Notes under the pieces: model-generated
Database searches by the model: none
Told to the model about the DNA's origin: nothing
What the model saw: only the letters and a program-made list of their open reading frames with translations
Source of the DNA: a virus
IMG/VR virus record: IMGVR_UViG_3300029590_000018
Strand: one strand, 5' to 3'
DNA: 43,042 nt
Made by a program: the position numbers and the translations under genes
In this document: positions 1 through 10,124 of the stretch, in pieces
Layout: every line of letters begins with the position of its first letter
How positions within the stretch are numbered: the first letter of the stretch is position 1

Positions 1-84
1 TGGTGATGATGGCCCCGGCGGCATCACCGTTGCCCACGATACGAATGAACGCCACACTGAGATCGTTAATGGTAATACTAAAGC
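1..84. repeat. Terminal direct repeat copy 1 (identical to 42959..43042)
   Basis: Exact 84/84 match by direct comparison of both window ends. Consistent with an assembly overlap of a circular or terminally redundant molecule. Confidence 0.95.
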
Positions 85-1927
85 CCTTGCCGTCGCTGTC
101 GAATACTGCGTCGTAGGAGGTCCCGGAGGTGGCTTTGTATGTCACAGCGCCAGTAGAAACCTTCGTGGCGTTGTACTGCACGGCAATGGGCCAGATGGAG
201 CCGCCGCCGCTCTCAAAGGTGCCATCCGGGCAGCGCACCCGGATCACGTCCCCGGCCTTGCACCCGATGTAGCTGCTTGTCCACATGGTGTAGGTCCGCA
301 CGTCCGTGCTTTCTCCGCCGGAGCCATTGAGTCTAGTGTTGGGCTTAAAATCTGGGTCAGCCGTATTTAATGCACTCGTAAAATTCGGCTGCTGCTGGTA
401 TTCGCCCTCGGCAGCCTGGACGAACGAGGTATCCGCCGGGGTGATGGGCGCGGCGACGGGCTGCCACCATCCGGAGCCGGTCCACCACTTGGGCTTGCCC
501 AGGCTGCTGTCCCAGACGGACATGCCCGGGTAATGCTTATCCGCGTCCAGCGTTCCGCCCTGACCGGGCAGGGCAACGGTATCCGCCAGATACTGCCGGT
601 TTCCGCTGGCGTAGCCATCGTAGGGCGCCAGTCCGGAAGGGGTAGGATAGAAGTAACCGTTCAAGCCGTCCGTGGCCAGAAAGATTTTACTGTCCGCGCT
701 GGGGATCGTGGCCAGCAGGTCGGGCAGCTGCCCGGTGCGACCGGCGGACCGGATGATGGAAAACCCGGTCAGAGACAGCGCAATCTGCGCGGTGGGACCG
801 GTTACGTCCACAAGCGCTGTGTTGGTGTAGGTGTCGGCGCTGCGCTCATAGAGCTGGAGCCCGCACACGGTGACCGTTGCGCGGTTGGCCATCATGATGG
901 GCACGCCTGCCGTCTGCCGCCAGCCGTAAAAGCCGTTAATGGTGAGATTGCTGTCTGCCCCGGCGGAGACATACACCGCCGCGTCCTTGGACTCGGCCCC
1001 GCACCCGTTGAGCACCACGCCATTGCCGGTGATGCTGAAAATCGTCCCTGTGCCGCCGTCGCAGCACACCTGCGACAGGGTGCTGTAGGCGGACTGGATG
1101 ATATACGGGTTGGCCGCGCCGCTGCAATAGACCCGTTCCAGGACGGTACTGGTGCCGTAGTCGATGTGGACGGCGTTGGAGGCGCACACAAGATACAGGT
1201 CCGCCAGCCGGTTGAAAAAGCTGTGCAGCCGGATGCCGTGGCTTCCGGTGCGGATATTGCAGTGCTCGATGGTGCAGCGGCTGCGGTCGCCGTAGATGGC
1301 CCAGTGCTCCGCCGCCGTGGAGGCGTTCTTGATGGACAGGTTCCGGAGCACCGGCCCGCTGCCCTTTTCCGCGCCGTCTGTGCGGCCCAGGATGATAGCG
1401 GCGTCAATGGCTCCCCAGCCGCCGGACCAGCTGTCCACCGTGGGCATGGTTTTGGCGGCATTGCCGGTTTTCTTGATGATGGCGGTGGACGGATTCTCGC
1501 CGATCAGCGACGGACTGCGGCCCTCCCACCATTTGACGCCGTCGATGGTGGTCACCGCATCGCTGTAGGTCTGAATGACCAGCGGCGCGGTGATGATGTA
1601 GGTGCCCGCCGGGACATACACGGCCATGGCCAGCGTCGATGCAGCCATGTCAATGGCCGCCTGAATGGCCGCCGTGTCATCCGTGCTGCCGTCGCCCTTG
1701 GCCCCGAAGTCCCGGACATTGAGCATGTCCCGATACTTTTTCCACCAACCGGTGGGCTTGCCGTCTGCATCCACGGCGGACACCATGATCTGGTCATCCG
1801 CCGCCAGACCCGACAGGCCCATGGATTTGTCAGCACTCACCCGTATGATCTCATCCTGGATAGCGTTGAGCTGTGCGGCATCGATAACCGTTACGTTATC
1901 CTCGTACACCACTTTTTCAAGAGCCAT
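1..1927 (-). CDS. Tailspike/depolymerase, pectate-lyase-like beta-helix (first ~642 codons; continues across the junction into 42958..42789; about 698 aa in total)
   Basis: Own translation from the ATG at 1927: MALEKVVYEDNVTVIDAAQLNAIQDE... It contains NVRDFGAKGDGSTDDTAAIQAAID, the hallmark Pectate_lyase_3 motif. The frame is open to nt 1 and in frame with the 42789..43013 ORF. The plus ORF 533..2074 is its antisense shadow. Confidence 0.85.
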   Translation of the reverse strand, partial: MALEKVVYEDNVTVIDAAQLNAIQDEIIRVSADKSMGLSGLAADDQIMVSAVDADGKPTGWWKKYRDMLNVRDFGAKGDGSTDDTAAIQAAIDMAASTLAMAVYVPAGTYIITAPLVIQTYSDAVTTIDGVKWWEGRSPSLIGENPSTAIIKKTGNAAKTMPTVDSWSGGWGAIDAAIILGRTDGAEKGSGPVLRNLSIKNASTAAEHWAIYGDRSRCTIEHCNIRTGSHGIRLHSFFNRLADLYLVCASNAVHIDYGTSTVLERVYCSGAANPYIIQSAYSTLSQVCCDGGTGTIFSITGNGVVLNGCGAESKDAAVYVSAGADSNLTINGFYGWRQTAGVPIMMANRATVTVCGLQLYERSADTYTNTALVDVTGPTAQIALSLTGFSIIRSAGRTGQLPDLLATIPSADSKIFLATDGLNGYFYPTPSGLAPYDGYASGNRQYLADTVALPGQGGTLDADKHYPGMSVWDSSLGKPKWWTGSGWWQPVAAPITPADTSFVQAAEGEYQQQPNFTSALNTADPDFKPNTRLNGSGGESTDVRTYTMWTSSYIGCKAGDVIRVRCPDGTFESGGGSIWPIAVQYNATKVSTGAVTYKATSGTSYDAVFDSDGKGFSITINDLSVAFIRIVGNGDAAGAIIT

Positions 1928-2468
1928 CGCTTACCACCTCCACATACAGCCCCACCAGTGCGCTCAGCGGATGATACACCGGGTTACCGGTATCGCGATT
2001 GCACAGGTACAATACGCCGTCTTGGGTGTAATACTTCCCAGCTTCTAATGCCATGTTCCCGTTGTAGGGGATAGCATCGTATTTCGTCCCCTCATGCTGT
2101 TCACAGATTTCCTCCCAGAGGCTTTCTGTGCCGGTAGAGCCTGGCGCCCAGTCATCCTGGGAGGTATGCTCCTGTCGGAGCTTCCAGAGCTTCCCGGCCC
2201 GGACTACCTTATAGCCCACCGGGCAACCATTTTCAGCAGTGTAGGCCTTCCCGCTTTCCCATTCGGGATAGAATGCTGCCATACGGAGGGCTGTTGCATC
2301 GTCTACGGTTAAGGCGTTGATTTGCAAACGGATGAGCATGTCCTGAACTTCTTCAGTGGAGAGGGGGCGATGCTTTTCTTCCGCCTTGTAGCGAAGACGA
2401 GCTTCCTCCATTTCCGCGATTTCTTCGGAGGTGGCCTCTCGGATTATGCCGTTTTCGTAGATTTTCAT
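1917..2468 (-). CDS. Hypothetical tail-module protein (183 aa)
   Basis: ORF track. Tightly packed between the fibre and tailspike genes, with an 11-nt overlap with the tailspike start. W/Y-rich C-terminal half suggests a carbohydrate-binding-like domain (weak). Confidence 0.6.
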   Translation of the reverse strand: MKIYENGIIREATSEEIAEMEEARLRYKAEEKHRPLSTEEVQDMLIRLQINALTVDDATALRMAAFYPEWESGKAYTAENGCPVGYKVVRAGKLWKLRQEHTSQDDWAPGSTGTESLWEEICEQHEGTKYDAIPYNGNMALEAGKYYTQDGVLYLCNRDTGNPVYHPLSALVGLYVEVVSDGS

Positions 2469-2469
2469 T

Positions 2470-3531
2470 TTATCGCCCCCAAATCTTTACCGTAAAGGCA
2501 GCTCCCACAGAGGCGGATGCTCCAAAAACAATCGTTGATATTTTGTCAATATCGCCATTGCCTCCATAATTATTGGAAAAACCAAGGCTACCGTCTGTGC
2601 GGAATGCAGAAGTGATAGCGAGTTTTTTGCCTAACAAGCCGAGGTGCATTTGAGTATACTTGGAATTTGTTACCCACATCGCAACATTCGCCGATAAATT
2701 CACGCTTTGAGAAGCTCGCACATAAAAATACCCTGCCAAGTTTGGGATTAATTCCAGCATTATCTCGTCATAGGAAAAGGTATTACCGGCATCTGTGGTA
2801 GATACAATCGCCTCAATTGCATCTGGCGTCAATTCCACATCGCGGATGTGTTTCCATGAAAGATTCATTGTCTCGCTCCCGGCTGACGCCATATCCGCCG
2901 GTTCCCACTCCGTAGGCACGCCGTTGTCATCGACGGCGGAGATTCTGGCGATTTGGCCGACGGTTGCACCGGTGATGTCCATCCCTGCGCCCGTGTCGCC
3001 CTTGGGACCTTTCAGATCGGCCAGGGCAATCACGTTTTCCCACGTCTCCCCATCGCCGGAGAACTGGATATAGCCGCCCTCCACCCGCATGGACGCAGAG
3101 GCCGCAGGGTGCTCCGTCAGGTAGTCCTCCACGGCTTTGGCGATATCCTCCGGGGAGACGGTAGAAAGCTCGTTGAGTTTGGCCATGATTTGCGCATATA
3201 CGTCCTCCGCTGGGGCGGCAGGGGAACCCCCGGGAGTCAGCACGGAGGACAGCGCCAGAAGCCGGGAGGCCCGGGACGTGTGGATATCCCCGGCATACAG
3301 GCCCACGGACACCCAGCCGGAAGCAGTCAGCACCGGCAGGGTCGCAGTGTCTCCGGTGAACACCACGTCCTGATAGGTGCCGTCCGCCAGGTTCACCCGC
3401 ATGGTCTTGGCATCGTAAGGCGTCCATTCCTCGTCCAGGTCCCACACCACCGTATAGTCGCTGTTGTTGCAGATTACAACGCCCTCGCCCTCGGCGCATT
3501 TGTCGCGGACATTAATGTTGATTTCGGGCAT
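2470..3531 (-). CDS. Tail fibre-like protein with a short collagen-like triplet stretch
   Basis: 353-aa ORF downstream of the receptor-binding protein. Contains GPKGDTGAG (G-X-Y repeats). Position in the tail module. Confidence 0.6.
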   Translation of the reverse strand: MPEININVRDKCAEGEGVVICNNSDYTVVWDLDEEWTPYDAKTMRVNLADGTYQDVVFTGDTATLPVLTASGWVSVGLYAGDIHTSRASRLLALSSVLTPGGSPAAPAEDVYAQIMAKLNELSTVSPEDIAKAVEDYLTEHPAASASMRVEGGYIQFSGDGETWENVIALADLKGPKGDTGAGMDITGATVGQIARISAVDDNGVPTEWEPADMASAGSETMNLSWKHIRDVELTPDAIEAIVSTTDAGNTFSYDEIMLELIPNLAGYFYVRASQSVNLSANVAMWVTNSKYTQMHLGLLGKKLAITSAFRTDGSLGFSNNYGGNGDIDKISTIVFGASASVGAAFTVKIWGR

Positions 3532-3543
3532 ATACTCCCTCCT

Positions 3544-5271
3544 TTACGCCGTCCTGCGCCATGTGTACACGGCCAGGTACGGCGGCATGTTGTTGTGGGA
3601 CTGCCCCCCGCAATCGGAGGATTGCCCGCCGGAATACGCATTGTATTGATTGTTTGCGGCCTGATACAGGCGGACGGCATTCACACCGGTTGTCACGGAC
3701 TGCCCGGTGTACTTGAAAGTGTGGTTGTGGTCCGGGATTTCCGCCTTGGTCAGTGTGTGGGTCTCCTCGCCGCCTGTAGAGCCAGCCTCGTGGGAGTCGC
3801 CGGCCGCCAGCAGAAACCGGTCCTTGACCTGCTCCCAGGTGCCGCCAAACAGGTCCGCTGGGGACGTGGATTCCGTGGACTGGTAGATGCTGCCGACGGG
3901 GTGGAGGTAGTCCAATAGAGTTTTCCCCAAATACAGGATGGGCCATTTGAACTCTGCCACCTTTTCGTGTTCGGCCACGCCGCCGAAGCATACCCCGGGC
4001 AGGGTAAAACTCATGTTCATGGGCACCGAAACGGTGGGGATGGTGATCTCCCGCGTTACCGTGGTGCCCAGGGAATCCGTAGCTTTGACCTGTACAACGA
4101 TGGTCGTGTCCGTACCAAAGGCAACCAGATACACAGTCTTTGGACCGCTGGTCTGGTCGGCCATCGTGGACGCGCCGGTGATCTCCACAGATGCCTTGTT
4201 CCCGGTCAGCTGGAGGGACAGGGTAAACGTCAGTTTGATATCATCGCCCATGGCGTTATCGGTCCATGTCCCGCCGGAGTAGTCGCCACGTAAAAAGGTC
4301 AAATCCTGGATTCCAGGGCCGCTGTAGGCGTTTACGGTGATATTCTGGGTAACAGATGCCGTGCGTCCTCTGCTGTCCGTGACGGTGGCTACAACGGCCA
4401 TTGTGCCGCTTTCTGTAAGGACATTCGCCCCGTCCGGACTGGCGGCTTTTCCGCCGATGGTCAAAGACTTGGCCTTGATGGTGCTGCCATAAGACCCAAC
4501 GGCAGCAAACGTGGCTTTCAGAGTGCTCTTGCCCTGCACCCAGCCGTATGTGAGCTGATACCCGGAGGTGTCGGACAGGCTCACGGACAGGGTGGGTCTT
4601 ACCGATGCAGGGATGGATGCCGTCAGTGTGGTCGTATTGGTGCCCACCACAGTGTCCCCGTTGTAGGTGGTGATCTCCGCCGTGATGTCTACGGAGGATC
4701 CGGACGTATTCTGCACGGCCCAATCCAAGGGCGGCGTATACGATATGGATGTGGCGCTGGATTTTGTCGCCACAGTTACCTGTGCCGCAGAACCGCACTT
4801 GAGTTTGATGGTGTGCGTAAAAGTGCTCACGGCCCGGGCCACTGTAAGTGTACCGGCAGAACCCAGCACAAGTCCGGATGCCGACACGGATGATGCCCGG
4901 GGGATGTCAGGAAGATTGACTGTGCCGGAGACCGTCAGGCTGGACGGCGTGTAGGATGACGTAAACCCGCTGTGCCAGTCCGCAGAGAGCACCACAGACC
5001 CCTTGCCCATATTGTTATGGGCCACGGTGATGGACTTGCTGCCCAGCTTGTACCATCCCCTGGAATTGTACCGGTACGGGTTATAAACCTTGGTGCCTTG
5101 CAGAGTGTAATAGCAACTATTGGCGTCCAGGTTGTAGCTTTCACCGGTGCCGTCATAGATGTACAGCGTAAGAGACAGTGTGGACTTGTTGTCCGCAATA
5201 CTCTGGGATACGCTGTAATCCAGCCGCAATTGCCAGCCGGTGGAAGACACCGGCCCGTAAATACTCGCCAT
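3544..5271 (-). CDS. Receptor-binding/baseplate protein (DUF859-like N-terminus, conserved HxH C-terminal domain)
   Basis: The ATG at 5271 overlaps the TGA of the upstream gene (TGATG), with the RBS GGGGGTG. C-terminus GGEETHTLTKAEIPDHNHTF...HNNMPPYLAVYTWRRTA is typical of Gram-positive phage tail fibre or RBP ends. Confidence 0.65.
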   Translation of the reverse strand: MASIYGPVSSTGWQLRLDYSVSQSIADNKSTLSLTLYIYDGTGESYNLDANSCYYTLQGTKVYNPYRYNSRGWYKLGSKSITVAHNNMGKGSVVLSADWHSGFTSSYTPSSLTVSGTVNLPDIPRASSVSASGLVLGSAGTLTVARAVSTFTHTIKLKCGSAAQVTVATKSSATSISYTPPLDWAVQNTSGSSVDITAEITTYNGDTVVGTNTTTLTASIPASVRPTLSVSLSDTSGYQLTYGWVQGKSTLKATFAAVGSYGSTIKAKSLTIGGKAASPDGANVLTESGTMAVVATVTDSRGRTASVTQNITVNAYSGPGIQDLTFLRGDYSGGTWTDNAMGDDIKLTFTLSLQLTGNKASVEITGASTMADQTSGPKTVYLVAFGTDTTIVVQVKATDSLGTTVTREITIPTVSVPMNMSFTLPGVCFGGVAEHEKVAEFKWPILYLGKTLLDYLHPVGSIYQSTESTSPADLFGGTWEQVKDRFLLAAGDSHEAGSTGGEETHTLTKAEIPDHNHTFKYTGQSVTTGVNAVRLYQAANNQYNAYSGGQSSDCGGQSHNNMPPYLAVYTWRRTA

Positions 5272-6917
5272 CAATTCACCCCCACGAAGGAAACGGACCC
5301 GTTGGGCTGTACAACAATGCCCATAGGTCCCAGGCGGAACTTGCTCAGTTCCACCAGCTCAAAGCTGTTGTTGTTCCAGTACGCCAGAAGGGTCCCGGAA
5401 GTGTCGTAGAATCCGATTTTGTCGTTGTACTCCTTCAGCACGATTTCCGATGCAGAGGAGCCAATACGCAGCACCGGATGGCCGTCATCGTCGATACTGG
5501 CGTCGATGAAGTCCGAAAGCGTCTGGCCGTTGACGGTGACTCTTTCTGCGGACATTTGCCCGGCGGTGATGACATTTGCGTTGATCTCGCCGTCCATGGT
5601 CAAGGCGACACCGGAAATTGTATTTCCGCCGTCCTTGGAGAATCCCAGCCCACCTGTGGACATAATCCACATCCGGGTATTGGGCGTAATGGTGGGCGTA
5701 TCTCGCAGGGTCCACCCGATGGGAAAGCCCTGTTCGTCCAGAGTCAGTTCATAATACCCGCCCTTTGCCCCGATGATCTTCTGCGTAGCGTTCTGCATGG
5801 CCTTGGTAAGGCCCTCATAAGCCCGCTTAATGCGCTGCTCTGTAGGGCTTTCCATGGCATAACCCGCGTCCTGTGGGGCGTAACTGTGCATCGTAGAGGA
5901 CAGACCGCCGTACAGGTGGATTTCCTGCTGCATAACACACACGTCCAGCCACTCGCCGGTATCACCCTCCACCTGGATAACGTCTCCCACTTCAACAGAC
6001 GGGTCGCAGCGCCATTTTACATCGCAGGGCTGAAAAGATATTTCCACCTCCGGCTGAATCAGGTCCGCAACGGCCTGGTTCATGTATGGGTTTGTTGATG
6101 TAATGCCCAATCCGGTGCCGGATGTAATGGGTTCATCTTCCGTGCCTGTGGTGAGGCTGGATACCGTGTACGGACCGTCTGCCGTGCGAGTCAGGCCGGA
6201 CATGTACTGCTGCTCCCGGCTGACCCGGAAGGCGGTTTTTGCGTACCACTTGAACACCAGATTGCCGTCTCTGTCGAAGTGCGCGGACTGTCCGCACAGT
6301 CCAGCCAGCCACCCCAGCTGCTGTCGGATGGTCCCCTCAAACACAGACTCGATTGTCATATCCGGGAAAGTCACCGTTGGGGGAGTCAGGCCGCTTTGCG
6401 CACACAAGTCCGTCAGCATAGCGTCTGGTGTGGCGGGGAACTCAATTTGCGGGGTGTACTGCTCCGTCAAGGATGCCATCTGGTCATAGCCGGTGATTTC
6501 CCAACCGTACGCCAAATTATCCACGCCGTCTGCGGGGATGTAGTATCGGCCCAGGGGGACATATTCCACCCCAGACGCTGCGGTGCTTACACCAGCGATT
6601 GCCTTACCGGCCACAGCCTGACCGGCAATGGCTGTCGTGCCTGTATCACCACCAGGAACGTAGATGCCGATATACGGAACAAAGTACCCACCGGACAATT
6701 GCAACGGCTCGTCCGGCTTGTAAATACGGATTTTGCACCGCCCGGAACAGGCGGAGCCGACGGAGATTCCGTCTGAAGAATCAAACGCCGGTGTTGCGGT
6801 GATCTCCTGAACGTAGTTCCCGTCAAGCTCTGTCTGCCCGTTAAAAATCACCTTTGCCTTGATTTCGCGGCCATAATCCGCAAAAGCGGCGTGAAACGCG
6901 GTGGAGACATTGTACAT
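5271..6917 (-). CDS. Tail-associated protein Tal / prophage tail endopeptidase-like
   Basis: 548-aa ORF two genes after the tape measure, the canonical Dit-Tal position. RBS GGAGAGGTGA. Confidence 0.65.
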   Translation of the reverse strand: MYNVSTAFHAAFADYGREIKAKVIFNGQTELDGNYVQEITATPAFDSSDGISVGSACSGRCKIRIYKPDEPLQLSGGYFVPYIGIYVPGGDTGTTAIAGQAVAGKAIAGVSTAASGVEYVPLGRYYIPADGVDNLAYGWEITGYDQMASLTEQYTPQIEFPATPDAMLTDLCAQSGLTPPTVTFPDMTIESVFEGTIRQQLGWLAGLCGQSAHFDRDGNLVFKWYAKTAFRVSREQQYMSGLTRTADGPYTVSSLTTGTEDEPITSGTGLGITSTNPYMNQAVADLIQPEVEISFQPCDVKWRCDPSVEVGDVIQVEGDTGEWLDVCVMQQEIHLYGGLSSTMHSYAPQDAGYAMESPTEQRIKRAYEGLTKAMQNATQKIIGAKGGYYELTLDEQGFPIGWTLRDTPTITPNTRMWIMSTGGLGFSKDGGNTISGVALTMDGEINANVITAGQMSAERVTVNGQTLSDFIDASIDDDGHPVLRIGSSASEIVLKEYNDKIGFYDTSGTLLAYWNNNSFELVELSKFRLGPMGIVVQPNGSVSFVGVN

Positions 6918-6921
6918 GGCG

Positions 6922-7296
6922 TCACCTCTCCACGAAGTTCATGGACAGCCCGCCCCACAGCCATTTCCCATCGGTTTCGGGCCGCATGATCGGCGATGAC
7001 CGGTCGCCTACGTAGCACATCATAGTGCGGTCGGTGCCGGTCATCGCGTCGGGGTATGTAAGGCTGAAAAACACATCGTCCACGGCTTGCAAAAGCTTGG
7101 CCATTTCAGCAGAGACGAGTGGCCGCCAGGAGCATTCCAGCTTGCGCTTCACGGCCACGCGGTCGCGGAACATATCGCCGTTCTGGTTTCTGCCGGTCCC
7201 ATCTGCGTCTAGGTCGGAAATGTTCCATTTCAGTTCATCCGGGGCCGGGAGAGATACCACCGCCCCGGATTTCTTTGTTACCTTAAGTACTTCCAT
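6922..7296 (-). CDS. Putative distal tail protein (small Dit-like)
   Basis: 124-aa ORF immediately downstream of the tape measure. RBS GAGGTGA. Function inferred from synteny only. Confidence 0.45.
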   Translation of the reverse strand: MEVLKVTKKSGAVVSLPAPDELKWNISDLDADGTGRNQNGDMFRDRVAVKRKLECSWRPLVSAEMAKLLQAVDDVFFSLTYPDAMTGTDRTMMCYVGDRSSPIMRPETDGKWLWGGLSMNFVER

Positions 7297-7304
7297 GCGT
7301 CACC

Positions 7305-9539
7305 TCACGTCAGCAGCGGGCTTTTGCCGTTCATGCGCACCTGGGAGTTGTTTTCCCGCACCATCTGCCGGAACATCTCCTTGCCGTCCATTTGGACAAT
7401 GATGGTAATGGGCCGGTCGCTGCCTTGCCCTAGCACCTCCGCAACGGCCTGTTTGATGGTGTCCAGGGGGGCCTCAATGTTGGTTCCGTGCTTCTGGTCG
7501 CCCAGTACGGCCATAAACTCGCGGTTAGGCGGGATGACCGCACCCTGGGCCAGTTTGGGGATTTGAAGTTCGTTGATTTTCGGGATGTTGACGCCAATAT
7601 GCTTGCCACCAAGCCCCGGCACCCAGCCTGGGACTGTGAAGCTGATTTTATTCGCCTTGTCGATCAGCCAGTTCAATGCACGGATAATTGCATTGATGGC
7701 TGATGCCCACGTCCCCTTGATGGCTGTTGATATGCCGTCAAAGATATCTTTGATACCCTCCCACGCTTTGTCCCAGTCGCTCGTAAACGCACCGGAGAGG
7801 AATTTAACGATTCCCGTGAATATCTTCTTAATGGCTGCCATGGCGTTGCCGATAAAATCCTTGATGAAAGTGAATGCTCCCGTGACCGAGCTTTTGATGA
7901 ACTCGATGATCCCATGGAGCTTCCCGCCAGTCTTCTCATCCAGCCAATCCAAGAACGACAGGAACATGTTTTTGAGCGCATCCACAATGGAAAACAGAAC
8001 GTTTTGCAAGCCCTTGAAGATTTTTTCGATGCCGCCGATGGCACGGTCAATATCCCCGGTGAAAATACCCGCGAAGAAGGCCACAAACCCATCCAGCATG
8101 GTTTTGATTCCGTCGACGAACTGCTCTGTATCGCCGTAGGCGTTCACCACAGCCACAAGCAGGGAGGCGATTGCGGCAATCAGGAGCGGAATCCAGGACC
8201 CTGTGAGCACAGCAATTCCCAAGCCACCAATCATCAGACCGGCGACGCTCATCAGCGTGTTTTCCAGGTTCATGCCGTCCTCCATCATGTCGTGCAATGC
8301 AGCGACCAGCAGGGCCGCCCCGGATACTACCAGTCCAATGCCAGCGCCCACCTTGCCAAACGCAAGAGCGAGGCCTCCGGCAAGTGCCGCTGCGCCCGCA
8401 AGAGATCCGAGTAAGTTTTTCCAGTTAACGCCGTCGTTCCATGCGTCAGACAGGCTTTCCCACAAAATGATTAAACCGCCAACAGCAATGAGAATGCCGC
8501 CGAGTTTTGTTAAAATCTTTCCCAACGTTCCGGGGAGAGAGCTGCCAAGTTTCCACAGGGCCAACCCTGCGGCAATTAGCATGACCGCATCAGCAATTTT
8601 CTTGAGCTTGTCGTTGATCTCGTCCATGTAGCTAAAGTCAGGCGTGATCGCGTCAGCGGATGCACCGCCGCCCGCGTTATCCGCGGTATCGGTGGAAATC
8701 TGGTTGATCTCATCAAACGCCGCAAGCTGTCCAGCAGCTTTTTTTGCTGCATTTCCGGTTCCCTTTAAAGCATTTGTTTGCTTATTAAGAGCCTTTGCGG
8801 AATCTGCTGTTGCTTTGACGCTCTTGCCAGAAATAAGCGCCACAAGGCGCGTGATCTGCAAGACTACTGCCGTAATTACTTTTACAAGCAGTGTAAAGGC
8901 GGGGACAATTACGCTTACAAGAGGCTGTGCCAGTGTCAAAAGCGCTCCTTTAAGCTGCGCAATGGATTCTCTTGCATCGGAGTTTACCATTACGACATTT
9001 TTTGCCCAGTCGCGCACTTTTGTTAATGCTTGGGTAATAACCGTAAAAACAAGGGCACTGCGGACAACAGATTTTACTCGCTGTCCAAAAACTTTCATGG
9101 AATCTGCCGCCGCTTCGGTTGCGTTGCGCAGTCCAGCACCTTTGGATCGTCCATCGATTTGTCGTGATAATTCAACCGCCTGCGTTTTCGCGTCGGAAAT
9201 CTTATCGCCGGTTTTGTTGAGCTTTTCGTTGAGCTTGTCAATGCTATTTGCAGTTTTGTTGAATTCGCTTTGCAGCATTCGCACGCGCTCGGCCTGCTCG
9301 GACACGTCGATTTTTTCATACGTGCCTTTTGGCGCTGTGCGCATATCGGCAAGCACCTGTTTTGCCGCATCCAGCTCTGCGCCGATGTTGCGCAGCCGGT
9401 CTTCCATCGGCGTTTTTTGGGCGCCGAGCCGGTTAAATTCCTTTTGCAGGGATTCGATGTTGCTTTTTACTTTGTTCAGCTCCTGATGGAGTTTTTTATC
9501 GCTAATAGTCGCTTCGAATACGATTTCACCGTCAGCCAA
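7305..9539 (-). CDS. Tail tape measure protein
   Basis: 744 aa. Coiled-coil N-terminus, central block of Gly/Ala-rich TM-like helices, repetitive F/W-containing segments. TTG start with RBS GGAGGTG. Located after the chaperone genes. Confidence 0.9.
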   Translation of the reverse strand: MADGEIVFEATISDKKLHQELNKVKSNIESLQKEFNRLGAQKTPMEDRLRNIGAELDAAKQVLADMRTAPKGTYEKIDVSEQAERVRMLQSEFNKTANSIDKLNEKLNKTGDKISDAKTQAVELSRQIDGRSKGAGLRNATEAAADSMKVFGQRVKSVVRSALVFTVITQALTKVRDWAKNVVMVNSDARESIAQLKGALLTLAQPLVSVIVPAFTLLVKVITAVVLQITRLVALISGKSVKATADSAKALNKQTNALKGTGNAAKKAAGQLAAFDEINQISTDTADNAGGGASADAITPDFSYMDEINDKLKKIADAVMLIAAGLALWKLGSSLPGTLGKILTKLGGILIAVGGLIILWESLSDAWNDGVNWKNLLGSLAGAAALAGGLALAFGKVGAGIGLVVSGAALLVAALHDMMEDGMNLENTLMSVAGLMIGGLGIAVLTGSWIPLLIAAIASLLVAVVNAYGDTEQFVDGIKTMLDGFVAFFAGIFTGDIDRAIGGIEKIFKGLQNVLFSIVDALKNMFLSFLDWLDEKTGGKLHGIIEFIKSSVTGAFTFIKDFIGNAMAAIKKIFTGIVKFLSGAFTSDWDKAWEGIKDIFDGISTAIKGTWASAINAIIRALNWLIDKANKISFTVPGWVPGLGGKHIGVNIPKINELQIPKLAQGAVIPPNREFMAVLGDQKHGTNIEAPLDTIKQAVAEVLGQGSDRPITIIVQMDGKEMFRQMVRENNSQVRMNGKSPLLT

Positions 9540-9554
9540 AAAATCACCTCCGTA

Positions 9555-10124
9555 TTATGGGCTTTTGTTGGCGTTTTTGCCTAACCACACATTGATGGTA
9601 TTGGTCTCTTCCTCGGCCAGCGTCCGCTTTAAGTCAATAATGCGCCGATTTTCGCGGTAAAACTCACGGTCGGCTTTGTCAAGTGTTTTCCCTTTGGCCT
9701 TTAGACTTCGGATGCGGACGATATTCGCAAACAGACAATCTCCCAGCTCGTAGTACGCCGAAACGAAAGACCACCAGTGGAAATAGGACATTGCCCGCAC
9801 TTCCCGCCCAACAACACGATTGATGGGGGAAACGATGTATTGAAAATCCTGCTCCCAGTCCATCAATTTAGGTCGCTTGCGATTATCGCCCTCGTCACCG
9901 CAGTCGAGAAACCATGTCATCTGCTTCATGGCTTCTGGAATGTGCTCATCTGGCATTTTTAAGAAGTCCGGATAAAAGATATCCAGAGCCGCAAGCGCTT
10001 TCTGCTCGTTGGTCAGATCGGCCGCAGCAAATACCGCCAGCACGTCCAGTGCCGCGCGATAGTCCGAGCGAATTTCATAGTCAACGCCGCAGACGTTCAG
10101 CGACGTTGGAAGATCGTACATCAT
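9555..10124 (-). CDS. Gp15-family phage protein (tail assembly region)
   Basis: 189-aa ORF between the tail chaperone and the tape measure. N-terminal pattern (VCGVDYEIRSDYRAALDVL...) resembles the bacteriophage Gp15 family. Confidence 0.55.
   Translation of the reverse strand: MMYDLPTSLNVCGVDYEIRSDYRAALDVLAVFAAADLTNEQKALAALDIFYPDFLKMPDEHIPEAMKQMTWFLDCGDEGDNRKRPKLMDWEQDFQYIVSPINRVVGREVRAMSYFHWWSFVSAYYELGDCLFANIVRIRSLKAKGKTLDKADREFYRENRRIIDLKRTLAEEETNTINVWLGKNANKSP

Noticed and set aside
533-2074. 513-aa plus-strand ORF, the longest ORF in the first 2 kb
   Set aside because: The Gly/Arg/Ala/Val-rich composition has no protein-like motifs. It lies exactly antisense to a convincing minus-strand beta-helix tailspike gene, so it is a high-GC shadow ORF. 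The same applies to 2953..3918 (+) and 5178..6098 (+).
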